This document shows positions 1 through 8,200 of a DNA stretch of 19,079 bases, piece by piece. Position 1 is the first letter of the stretch. Every line of letters begins with the position of its first letter. The stretch comes from Candidatus Rifleibacteriota bacterium. Lineage in GTDB: Bacteria > Muiribacteriota > UBA6191 > JACPRK01 > JACQZM01. The stretch covers positions 1 through 19,079 of the forward strand of contig JACQZM010000117.1 in assembly GCA_016213885.1 (NCBI GenBank), given 5' to 3'. Below the pieces are notes generated by a model. It was not told the DNA's origin. It worked only from the letters and a program-made list of their open reading frames with translations, and made no database searches. A program made the translations under genes and the position numbers.

Positions 1-7
1 GGCCCAG

Positions 8-1399
8 GTGCAGGTGTGCGCCGATCCGTGGACGCCGCTGGTCGAGGAGATCGATCCGCGAACCAGGAGGCCGACCGGGCTGTACCGCCGCACGCTGATC
101 CCGGCCGGGGCCGAGGACGTTCCCGCGACGCCGGTGCGCTGTCGCCTCACCCCGACCGGCCAGCCCGCCGGGATCGAATCGAGCGTCATCTCCACCGCCC
201 TGACAACCGCGCCGATCGTGGTCGAGTCGACGGCCAGGGTGGGGATGTTCGGGGCCCGGACGGTGCGGCTGGCCGTGGTGAAGAGCCCGTCGGCCGATCT
301 GGCGTTCGGCCTCCACGAGATCCGCCTGGGCGGCCCCTACCTGACCCGCGTTCCCGCGGGCACCGTGCTGAGAGTCACGGGCCAGCGCGGCGATCACTAC
401 CGGGTGCGGCTCACCCCGACGCTCGACGCATGGGTCCCGCTGCAGGCCGTGACCTGGGCGTCCCCGACCGCCCGGGTGCCCCACCTGGCGTTCACGTCCA
501 TGGTCGTGGAGGGAGAGGCCACCGCGGACCGGGTGTCGATCCCGTACGCCCAGCCGGTCCCGTTCTCGGTGGAGCCTGCCCAGGGTCCTGACGGCAGAGC
601 GGCGCTCCACATCGACTTCTACGGCGCCCACTGCGCGGCCACGTGGATCACCCACCGGGCCAGCGCTCGGCTCATCCGGGAGGTCAGCGTCCACCAGGTG
701 GCCACGGGTCACGTGAGGGTCAGGGTCGACCTCGAGCACCGGCGTCTCTGGGGCTGGCGGGTCGAGCCGGGTCGCGGCTCCCTGACGGTCGTGGTCAGAG
801 CGCCGCCGCCGGTCGATCCGGCGCCGGCGCTGCCGCTCAGAGGTCTCGCCATAGCTCTCGAGGCGGGCCACGGCGGGACCTCCCAGGGGGCCCGGGGGCT
901 CGCGCAGGTCGATGAGAAGGAGGTCAACCGGCTCGTCACGGAGGGTCTGGCGAAGGAGCTCATCGCCGTGGGCGCCCGGGTCGTCATCATCCGGAACGGC
1001 GATGAGACGGTCTCCCTGGAGGAGCGGTGTCAGCGCACCATGAAGGCGAACGCGAACCTGTTCGTCTCGATCCACGCCAACGCCTCGGACACGGACCGGG
1101 GGTTCCTCAGGGTCGGGGGCGCCAGCACGTACTACAAGCACTCCACGAGTCGCGACCTCGCCGTGGCGGTCCAGGCGGCGCTGCTCAGGCGTACTGGCCT
1201 GCCGGATTTCGGGTGCGTGGGGAACTTCAACTACCTCCCGGTGAGGGCGCTGACCTGGATGCCTGCGGTGCTGGTGGAACAGGCGTTCCTGAGCAATCCC
1301 GTGGAGGAGGCGAAGCTGCTGGACGGGGAGTTCCGGAAGCGGCTGATCGCCGCGGTGCGGGAGGGGATCGAGGAGTTCGTCCGGACCCGGGGGGAGTGA
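8..1399 (+). CDS. N-acetylmuramoyl-L-alanine amidase (Amidase_3/MurNAc-LAA family) with N-terminal non-catalytic region; 5' end probably lies upstream of the window
   Basis: Continuous 463-codon ORF opening with GTG at 8 and no in-frame stop upstream within the window. C-terminal half carries Amidase_3 hallmarks: 'LAIALEAGHGGTSQGARG' (AGHGG zinc-ligand motif), 'NANLFVSIHANA', 'GASTYYKHS' and 'VLVEQAFLSNP' (E-x-x-F-[LI]-[ST]-N). Confidence 0.85.
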   Translation: MQVCADPWTPLVEEIDPRTRRPTGLYRRTLIPAGAEDVPATPVRCRLTPTGQPAGIESSVISTALTTAPIVVESTARVGMFGARTVRLAVVKSPSADLAFGLHEIRLGGPYLTRVPAGTVLRVTGQRGDHYRVRLTPTLDAWVPLQAVTWASPTARVPHLAFTSMVVEGEATADRVSIPYAQPVPFSVEPAQGPDGRAALHIDFYGAHCAATWITHRASARLIREVSVHQVATGHVRVRVDLEHRRLWGWRVEPGRGSLTVVVRAPPPVDPAPALPLRGLAIALEAGHGGTSQGARGLAQVDEKEVNRLVTEGLAKELIAVGARVVIIRNGDETVSLEERCQRTMKANANLFVSIHANASDTDRGFLRVGGASTYYKHSTSRDLAVAVQAALLRRTGLPDFGCVGNFNYLPVRALTWMPAVLVEQAFLSNPVEEAKLLDGEFRKRLIAAVREGIEEFVRTRGE

Positions 1400-1600
1400 C
1401 GCGGGCGCAGTCATCGTGGCCGACGGGGAAGCGAAGGCCCTCGAAGAGTGACAGGCGCTGCGCGCGACGGCTGTCATTCCTCCTGGAGGGCTCCACCCGT
1501 TTCGTGGAGCTCGGCCTGTGATCACCCCTTGGCGGGATCCGGAGTCACGGGGGAGGTGGAGGGGATCCGGTCAGGCGCCGGATCCAGGTCCTCGGCTTCC

Positions 1601-1629
1601 TTGCTACCGGCCTTTCACACCGCTATGAT
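1601..1629 (+). promoter_or_regulatory. sigma70-like promoter (TTGCTA-N17-TATGAT) upstream of the nfeD/flotillin pair
   Basis: TTGCTA at 1601-1606, a 17-nt spacer, TATGAT at 1624-1629. Both hexamers are AT-rich islands in ~70% GC intergenic DNA. About 80 nt upstream of the 1713 start codon. Confidence 0.4.
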
Positions 1630-1712
1630 GCTGCCTGGACCGCCGGACCCGTGGCTTCCCGTCGACCCGGGTCGGCTCGCGTCGGCTCCTCACGACCAGC
1701 GTCTCCGGAACT

Positions 1713-2534
1713 ATGGAATGGCTCGCCTGGTGGAACCTGCTGTTCGAGCTCCCGATCGCGGGGGCCTGCCTCCTCTCCGTGGTGGCCACCATGGGGGCGG
1801 ACGCCTCGGCCGACGCCCCCCACGACGCTGACGCGTCCGTCGAGCACGACACCGACGTGGGGCACGAGGCGCCCCTGGAGGCCGGGCACGTCCTGGGCGT
1901 GAAGGACGCCCTGGGTGACGCCGCCCACGCCGTGGACTCCAAGGAGGCGCTGGCCGGCGGCGGTCACGGAGCCGACGCCAAGGCGCTCGTCTCCTCCGGC
2001 CACGGGTCGGTCGCGACCGGCGCCGGGCCGTGCCCCCCCGCGAGCCACGATGTCCCCTGGCTCACCTGGGTGCTCGCGCTCCCCGGGGCGGATCGGGCGC
2101 CGCTGTCGTTCGTGCTCATCGTCCTGTCCGTGTCGTTCGGGCTCATCGGGCTCGTGGCGAACCGGTTGCTCTCGGGTCTGTTGCCGCCGCTGGCGTTCGT
2201 CTGGATCTCCCTGGCCGTGGCCGGCTCGATGAGCCTCCTGGTGACCCGGACGTTCGCCCGCACCCTCGGCCGGTTCCTGCCCCGGATGGAGACGTACGCA
2301 CTGACCCGGGCGGACTGCGTCGGACAGGTCGGGAAGATCACCTGCCTGCTGTCGCCCCGGGAGGGCTACGCCCAGGTCTACGACCCGCAGAAGAACTTCC
2401 TGGAAGTGCGGGTGGTGGCCCGGGGCCAGACGACGTTCTCGCAAGGGGGGCAGGTGCTGCTCCTCGAGTACGAAGAGATCAACAGCCGGTTCGTGGCCGA
2501 ACCGTTCAACCCGGAGCTCGGCGCTTCGACCTAG
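1713..2534 (+). CDS. NfeD-like membrane protein (YqiJ/YuaF-type partner of SPFH/flotillin proteins)
   Basis: 273-aa ORF with hydrophobic N-terminal and central TM segments (LSFVLIVLSVSFGLIGLVANRLLSGLLPPLAFVWISLAVAGSMSLL). C-terminal beta-rich OB-fold-like region 'GQVGKITCLLSPREGYAQVY…FLEVRVVARGQTTFSQGGQVLLLEYEE' is typical of NfeD C-termini. Stop TAG at 2532-2534 sits 16 nt before the flotillin ATG. This is the classic nfeD–flotillin operon arrangement. Confidence 0.75.
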   Translation: MEWLAWWNLLFELPIAGACLLSVVATMGADASADAPHDADASVEHDTDVGHEAPLEAGHVLGVKDALGDAAHAVDSKEALAGGGHGADAKALVSSGHGSVATGAGPCPPASHDVPWLTWVLALPGADRAPLSFVLIVLSVSFGLIGLVANRLLSGLLPPLAFVWISLAVAGSMSLLVTRTFARTLGRFLPRMETYALTRADCVGQVGKITCLLSPREGYAQVYDPQKNFLEVRVVARGQTTFSQGGQVLLLEYEEINSRFVAEPFNPELGAST

Positions 2535-2550
2535 GAGGGCGATACCAGCC

Positions 2551-4434
2551 ATGTTCAAGATGTTCCTCTGGATCCTTCTCTCCATCGCGATCATGCTCGG
2601 GCCGATCACGGTTCCGGTGCTGCAGCAGCATCTGAACTACCCTGCCCAGGTCATCGTCTCCGGGTTCGGCTTCTTGATGTTCATAGGCGGGCTGTCCGTG
2701 GTCACGATCACCCGGCTCTACATCCGCCCCGCCGCCAACGAGGCGTTCGTCCGCACCGGCATGGGAGGGACCCAGGTGGTGCTCGACGGCGGCGCCTACC
2801 TGATCCCGGTGGTGCACCAGCTCGTCAAGGTGCCGCTCACCACCACGCGGCTCGACGTGGACCGGTCCGGCCCCGACTCGCTCATCACGGCGGACAAGCT
2901 CCGGGCCGACCTGAAGGCCGAGTTCTACATCCGGGTGATGCCGCAGGTCGAGGACATCAAGACCGCGGCCCGGTCGTTCGGCGACCTGGCGGGCCAGCCG
3001 CAACGCATCGCCCAGATCGTGAACGACAAACTGATCAGCGCCCTGAGGTCCGTGGCTGCGAACAAGACGCTGGAAGAGCTCAACACCCGCCGCAACGAGT
3101 TCGCCGCGGAGGTGAAGCAGCAGGTGGAGGCAGACCTCAAGCACAACGGACTCACCCTGGAGACCGTGACGATCTCCAAGCTCGACCAGACCGATCCCAA
3201 GAACCTGAAGGCGGACAACGTGTTCGACGCGCAGGGGCTGAAGCGGATCACGGAGATCACCACGGAGGCGGCGGTGCGCAGGAACGAACTGGAGCAGGCG
3301 GCCCAGCAGGCGATCAAGGAGCGCAACGTCAAGACCCGGCAGCAGGTCCTGCTGCTGGAGCAGCAGCAGGCCGAGGCGGAGGCGAACCAGCAGGCCCAGG
3401 TCGCCAAGGTGAAGGCGGTCAAGGACGCCGAGGCTCGCCAGGCCCAGATCGAGCAGGAGCAGGCGGTGCAGGAGCGTGAGGTGGAGCGGGTGCGAGCCAT
3501 CAAGGCAGCGGAGCTGGACGCCCAGAAGAAGGTGCTGGAGAGCGAGCGCGTCCGGGAGCTGGCCGACGTGGAGAAGCAGAAGGCGATCGAGACGGCTAAC
3601 CAGGAGAAGCAGATCGCCGTGGCCCAGGCCCAGGCCCAGCGCGCCCAGGCGGAAGAGCAGCAGTACGCCAGGATGGCCGAAAGAGAGAAGTCGGTGCAGC
3701 AGGTCGAGACCGTGAAGGTCACCGCGGCGGCGGAGCGCGACGGCGAGCAGAAGCTGATCGCGGCCTCCAAGGCGGCGGAGCAGGAGCTGGTGCGGGAGCA
3801 GCGCAAGGCCGATGCGGCGGCGTACAAGGTGCTCAAGGAGGCGGAGGCGAAGAAGGCCGCTGCCCAGGCCGAGTACGAGGCCAGGCTGAAGGCTGCCGAG
3901 GCGGAGGCCGAGGCTGCCAAGAAGAGGGCCGAAGGGGCCACCGCGGAGGCCATGGTGCAGGTGACCGTGCAGCAGAAGCAGGTGGAGGTCGAGCAGCAGC
4001 GGGTCGAGGTGGAGGGGCACCGGCTCTCGATCCAGGAGAGCTACGGCCGCGCGGCCATCGAGCTTCAGCTCAGGATGAGAGAGCTCGAGGTGGCGGCCCA
4101 GGTGGAGGTCGCTCGGGCCCAGGCGCTGGGCACCATGCTCTCCCGGGGCAACTTCACGATCTACGGCGACCCGGCCACCCTGTCCAACCTGGCCGAGGCG
4201 TTCAACAAGGGGATGGGGTTCCGGCAGATGGCCGAGGGGTTCCTGTCGGGTCAGGCGGGGGCGAGCCCGCTGGGCGGCCTGGTGAGCGCCGCCGCCGATC
4301 TGGCCGCCAAGCTGACCCGGCCCGACGGGGCCAAGGCTCCGGCGGACCAGCCCGCCGCGCCGCCCCCGGCTCCGCCGATGGACCAGGCTGCGCCCGCGGA
4401 CCAGGCCGCGCCGGGGCCGACGAAGAGCGCCTGA
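2551..4434 (+). CDS. Flotillin-family SPFH/Band-7 domain protein (YqiK/FloT-like) with long Glu/Ala/Gln-rich coiled coil and Pro/Ala-rich C-terminal tail
   Basis: ATG at 2551 preceded by AGGAGG (2534-2539). Shows an N-terminal TM helix (MFLWILLSIAIMLGPI), then an SPFH core (YIRPAANEAFVRTGMGG…VVLDGGAYLIPVVHQL…TTRLDV…LITADKLRADLKAEFYIRV). About 300 aa of EAEA/QQ coiled coil follow, then a 'GFLSGQAGASPLGG' tail typical of flotillins. Confidence 0.9.
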   Translation: MFKMFLWILLSIAIMLGPITVPVLQQHLNYPAQVIVSGFGFLMFIGGLSVVTITRLYIRPAANEAFVRTGMGGTQVVLDGGAYLIPVVHQLVKVPLTTTRLDVDRSGPDSLITADKLRADLKAEFYIRVMPQVEDIKTAARSFGDLAGQPQRIAQIVNDKLISALRSVAANKTLEELNTRRNEFAAEVKQQVEADLKHNGLTLETVTISKLDQTDPKNLKADNVFDAQGLKRITEITTEAAVRRNELEQAAQQAIKERNVKTRQQVLLLEQQQAEAEANQQAQVAKVKAVKDAEARQAQIEQEQAVQEREVERVRAIKAAELDAQKKVLESERVRELADVEKQKAIETANQEKQIAVAQAQAQRAQAEEQQYARMAEREKSVQQVETVKVTAAAERDGEQKLIAASKAAEQELVREQRKADAAAYKVLKEAEAKKAAAQAEYEARLKAAEAEAEAAKKRAEGATAEAMVQVTVQQKQVEVEQQRVEVEGHRLSIQESYGRAAIELQLRMRELEVAAQVEVARAQALGTMLSRGNFTIYGDPATLSNLAEAFNKGMGFRQMAEGFLSGQAGASPLGGLVSAAADLAAKLTRPDGAKAPADQPAAPPPAPPMDQAAPADQAAPGPTKSA

Positions 4435-4439
4435 GGCCC

Positions 4440-4483
4440 CGGGTCCGACCTACCGGCTCGACCAGAGCGTGGCGATCGCCTGC
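4440..4483. repeat. 44-bp perfect direct repeat of 5199..5242 (last 11 codons + stop + 10 nt of 3' flank of the kinase gene)
   Basis: cgggtccgacctaccggctcgaccagagcgtggcgatcgcctgc occurs identically at 4440-4483 and 5199-5242. The first copy starts 6 nt after the flotillin stop. Confidence 0.85.
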
Positions 4484-4485
4484 GA

Positions 4486-4727
4486 ACCACCAGCCAGGCG
4501 AGGCAGAAGCCGTCCCATCGGCGAGGAGCCCGGGCCGGTTCCGGCGCCTCGGCGGCCGGGCCGGACACCCTGGCACACTCCGGGGAGCGCTCTCCGGCAC
4601 CGGGCTGACCGACGCGCGATCGGAGCGATCCGATCCGGCCGGTCCGGAGGTGAGTGCCCCCGGGGTACGCGGGATCTTCGGCGGGTTGCACGCGCACCGT
4701 GAGACGCTCGGGAGGGTGCCGGGCAGG
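4486..4727 (-). pseudogene. Displaced, degenerate fragment of the 3' region of the kinase gene (homologous to 6167..6429), joined directly to the 44-bp terminal repeat; lacks the ~920 bp encoding the membrane domain
   Basis: By eye, ~240 bp align with 6167-6429 at roughly 90% identity. The first ~95 nt are identical. Later differences include 9-nt and 11-nt indels that break the kinase frame. The translated fragment (ORF 4251..4697 '-': RVQPAEDPAYP…EAPEPARAPRRWDGFCLAWLVV) mirrors the kinase linker region RVHPAEDPAYP…WDGFCLAWLVV. Confidence 0.7.
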
Positions 4728-4735
4728 GGGGTGGG

Positions 4736-4930
4736 ATCGGAACTGGGATCAGATTTCGAGGGTGCCATCTTGGCGGTGTACCCCACAGCGTCCAGGATCG
4801 GAGTGTTGATGATCGTGATGGACGACCCGGTGTCCAGCAGGCAGGTCACGTCCCGGAAGCCGAAGGGACCGTGAACTCGCGCCTGGACCCAGACCTCCCG
4901 CTCCTTGGGGTCAAACCTGACGGTCCACAC
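4736..4930 (-). pseudogene. Retropepsin-like (clan AA) aspartic protease, only the N-terminal ~65 codons including the DTGSS active-site motif; 3' part replaced by the displaced kinase fragment (six-frame ORF 4202..4930 reads through into it and into antisense flotillin)
   Basis: GTG start at 4928-4930 overlaps the stop of the upstream small gene by 20 nt. Reads 'VWVQARVHGPFGFRDVTCLLDTGSSITIINTPILDAVGY', matching the strand / D-T-G-S/A / hydrophobic pattern of bacterial retropepsin-like domains (Asp_protease_2 type). The flap and C-terminal 'hhG.D.L' elements are missing, because homology to the kinase-fragment repeat begins at ~4727. Confidence 0.5.
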
Positions 4931-5156
4931 GGAGCGCCGCCCTCAGCTTCTCGCCTCGCTTCTTCCCGGTCCACACGATCGCTGCCTCGTTCAGGTGCTT
5001 GGCCATCTCGATGAGCGTGGCGTGATCCGGGCTGTGCGCATAGACGATCCCGGAGAGCGGAACGGGCTCCGTGTTCGGCCAGACGTGGTCCACCAGAGCG
5101 ATCCACTCGTCGGCGTACGTCTCCTTGATTTCGTCCCAACTCAGCTTGTCGGCCAT
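4911..5156 (-). CDS. Small DUF5678-like protein (81 aa) often found with retropepsin-like protease genes
   Basis: ATG at 5154-5156 with GAAGGAG 8 nt upstream on the minus strand. The sequence 'ETYADEWIALVDHVWPNTEPVPLSGIVYAHSPDHATLIEMAKHLNEAAIVWTGK' fits the DUF5678 pattern ('GEWVAI … GKVVAHG.D…L.E.AK … I'). The stop overlaps the protease GTG start. GC is lower than neighbouring DNA. Confidence 0.55.
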   Translation of the reverse strand: MADKLSWDEIKETYADEWIALVDHVWPNTEPVPLSGIVYAHSPDHATLIEMAKHLNEAAIVWTGKKRGEKLRAALRVDRQV

Positions 5157-5198
5157 CTATCTGGCTCCTTCGGCAAGATCCGTCGCTCAAGCATAACT

Positions 5199-5242
5199 CG
5201 GGTCCGACCTACCGGCTCGACCAGAGCGTGGCGATCGCCTGC
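5199..5242. repeat. Second copy of the 44-bp direct repeat (inside the 3' end of the kinase CDS)
   Basis: Identical to 4440-4483. Contains the kinase stop codon (cta at 5209-5211 on plus = TAG on minus). Confidence 0.85.
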
Positions 5243-8200
5243 AAGACAGCCACGCCCAGCGTGCTCAGCACCCCGATCCACCACCGCCGTCGCTTCATCT
5301 CGCTGGCCAGAAGGGCCAGCGAGCCCACGATGGCGATCGGCGTGACCGCGAAAAAGAAGAACACCCGGTCGCCGGAGGAGGAGACATTCTGCAGGGCCAG
5401 CGACACGGCAGACACCGCCAGCGAGCTGACGAGCAGCACCCACGGCTGGACCGAAGGGTGCCCGCAGAACGCCCGGAACGCGAGGAGCGTGCCCAGGTAG
5501 GTCGCGACCCAGAGCGAAATCGCGAGAGCGGCACCCGCCCTGCTCTCCACGACGGCGATGAACGAGACCCAGAGGAGTGCCAGGATGCCCAGACGGTAGC
5601 TCACGCGCGGGGGCAGCTCCGGGGCCGGGTACAGCAGCTGGGAGAGAAACAGGACCACCGCCGGGCCGAAGGAGGCGACCAGCTGCACGAGGGGGTCGAG
5701 CTTGCCCTCGATGATCGCGTGGACCCCGAGGGTCAGTCCCAGCCAGAGGCCAAGCAGCGCGCCGCGGAGCTTCCAGGGCGAGAGCACGACCTGACGGCCG
5801 GGATAGAACATCAGGGCGAAGACCAGCGCCGGGACCGAGAGACAGACCCCCACGAGGAACGCCTGCTGCCCCTGCGGGCGGGGGACCAGCAGCGGGATCG
5901 CGATCATCACGATGACGGCATGGCCACCGAGGACGGCGAGAACGGTCCGTCTGCCGATCGGTTCGCAGGGGAGCTGCAGGTGGAGCGACCCTGCCGTCGC
6001 CGAGGCGCCGGGAGCAAAGCCCGCGGGCCAGCGGCACCAGGGCAGGACCATCAGCGCGATGACGCCGGCGTAGAGTCCCATGAAGAATGACGTCTCGGGG
6101 TACCACCCTTGTCGGGGGCACAACCCGGCGAGTCCGCTCAGCGGGAACCAGAGGACCGCGACCAGGACCACCAGCCAGGCGAGGCAGAAGCCGTCCCATC
6201 GGCGAGGAGCCCGGGCCGGTTCCGGCGCCTCGGCGGCCGGGCCGGACACCCCGGCACGCTCCGGGGGAGCGCTCTCCGGCACCGGGCTGACCGGCGCGCG
6301 ATCGGAGCGATCCGGTCCGGCCGGTCCGGTCGGTCCGGAGGTGAGCGCCTCCGGCCGATCCAGGGGGTACGCGGGATCCTCGGCGGGGTGGACGCGCACC
6401 GTGAGACGCTCGGGAGAGTGCCGGGCAGGCCAGACAGGATCCGATGAGTCCCGGGCGCCTCTCTCGATCGGAGGGGAGATGCGATCCGCGAGGCCGACCC
6501 GGGCGAGCGCCTGACTGAACTCCGAAACGAGAGCTCCGACCGTCCGGGGTCGCTCGTCACGCTGCTTGGCCAGAGCTCGCAGCACCACCGCCGCGACCGG
6601 GGAGGGCACGCCCTCCGGTTCCGGCACGGGCGCGTTCTGGATCGCCCAGGCGAGGTCGCCGCCGGAGAATGGCGGGGAGAGGGTCAGCATCTGGTAGAGC
6701 GTGGCCCCCAGGGCGTAGACGTCCGACCGCACGTCGAGCTTCTGACACGCCATCTGTTCGGGACTCATGTACGCGAGGGTGCCGGTCGGCACCATCCCGG
6801 TCTGGCGCGTCCGGAAGCTCGCCAGCTCCGCGGCGACTCCGAAATCGGCCAGCTTCGCTCTCACGCACCCGTCCGGTCCGGTCTCGAGCAAGACGTTCGA
6901 TGGCTTGAGGTCCCGGTGGATGATCCCGTGGTGGTGGGCGTGGTCGAGCGCAGCGGCCACCCCCTCCAGGATCGGCAGAGCCTCCCGTGGTGTCATCGGA
7001 CCGGCGTCGCTCTCGTTCCGGGAGGCCAGCTCGTCCGCCAGCGTCCGACCTGCGACGAACTCCATCACCAGGAAGGGAGGGTCGCCAGGCTCCAGGTTCA
7101 TCAGCCGGACGATGTTCGGATGGGTCAGCTTGAGCGAGAGCCTGGCCTCCTTGATCAGGTTCGTCCGGGATTCGCTGTCGCACCAGAGCTCGAGGGGGAG
7201 CAGCTTCACGGCCACCTCGCTCCCCTCCATGGCGCCGTCCCTCGCGAGCCACACCTGGCCCATGCCGCCGTGACCCAGAAGACGAACGAGCCGGTACCGG
7301 TCCGCCAGCATCCGCCCTTCGACGGGGTCGAACCGGTCCGGCGGGGGCGGTTTCGGCCGCTTCGGGGAGCTCTTCTTGCCCGGCGCGACGGTCCGGTAGA
7401 TCCGGAGCAACGCCTTGCGGAACTCCGACGCCCCCTGGAATCGTCGCGCGGGGTCCTTCTCCAGCGCCCTCTCGATCACCTCGTCGAGCTCCCCGGGAAG
7501 ACCGGGCCTGACCGAGCTGGCCAGGGGAGGCTCGGTCATCATGTGCTGGTAGAGGTGCTCCGGGATCGTCGGGCCCGGGAACGGGAGCTGACCGGTGACG
7601 ACCTCGAACAGCACGACCCCGACGGCGTACAGGTCGCTCGCCGGTGTGCACCGCTGTCCGCGACACTGTTCGGGCGACATGTACGCCGGGGTCCCCATGA
7701 TCTTCCCCGCGACCGTTCCGGACGGAAGGTGCTGCGCCCTGGCGAGGCCGAAGTCGCCGATCTTGGGCTCACCCTCTCGCGAGAGGAAGATGTTGGCGGG
7801 CTTCAGGTCCCTGTGCACCACCCCCTTGTCGTGGGCCACCTTGAGTCCTCCCAGAACCCTGAGCACGATGCGCAGGGCCTGTCGCAAGGAGAGGCGCGTC
7901 GGGTCTCTCAGGCGCTCTTGCAGCGAAGAGCCCTCCACGTACTCGCACACCACGTAGGGCAGGCCGCCGTCGTGGCCGGCGCCGTGGACCGCCACGATGT
8001 TCGTGTGGTTCAGGGAGGCCAGGACCTTCGCCTCCTTGACGAGCCGCCGGATCTGTTCGGTCGAGAGCTCGTCCCCTCTGACCACCTTCACGGCGACCAG
8101 CCGGTCGAGCTCGATCTGACGCGCCAGGTAGACCTTTCCCATCCCGCCCTCGCCCAGCGTCCTGATGATCCGGTACTGGGTCATGAAGGCCTGGGAGAAC

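Noticed and set aside
1490-1510. Hairpin GCTCCAC-ccgtttc-GTGGAGC ~90 nt downstream of the amidase stop, and a weaker tgacag…ctgtca pair at ~1449-1478
   Set aside because: Short stems, no U-tract, far from the stop codon. Could be a terminator, but the evidence is too weak to call.
2506-4020. 504-aa and 342-aa minus-strand ORFs antisense to flotillin
   Set aside because: Leu/Arg-rich or Ala/Ser-rich translations arise from the repetitive GAG/GCG/CAG codons of the coiled coil read in reverse. The flotillin frame is strongly supported.
4370-4431. Nucleotide/peptide micro-repeats (PADQPAAP…MDQAAPADQAAP) at the flotillin C-terminus
   Set aside because: Ordinary low-complexity Pro/Ala tail common in flotillins. 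No evidence of functional repeat array.
4202-4930. Reading the 242-aa ORF as a bona fide full-length protein
   Set aside because: Only the first ~65 codons are protease-like. The remainder is the reverse strand of the displaced kinase fragment and then of the flotillin C-terminal tail (overlap 4202-4434). Treated as a truncated gene/pseudogene instead.
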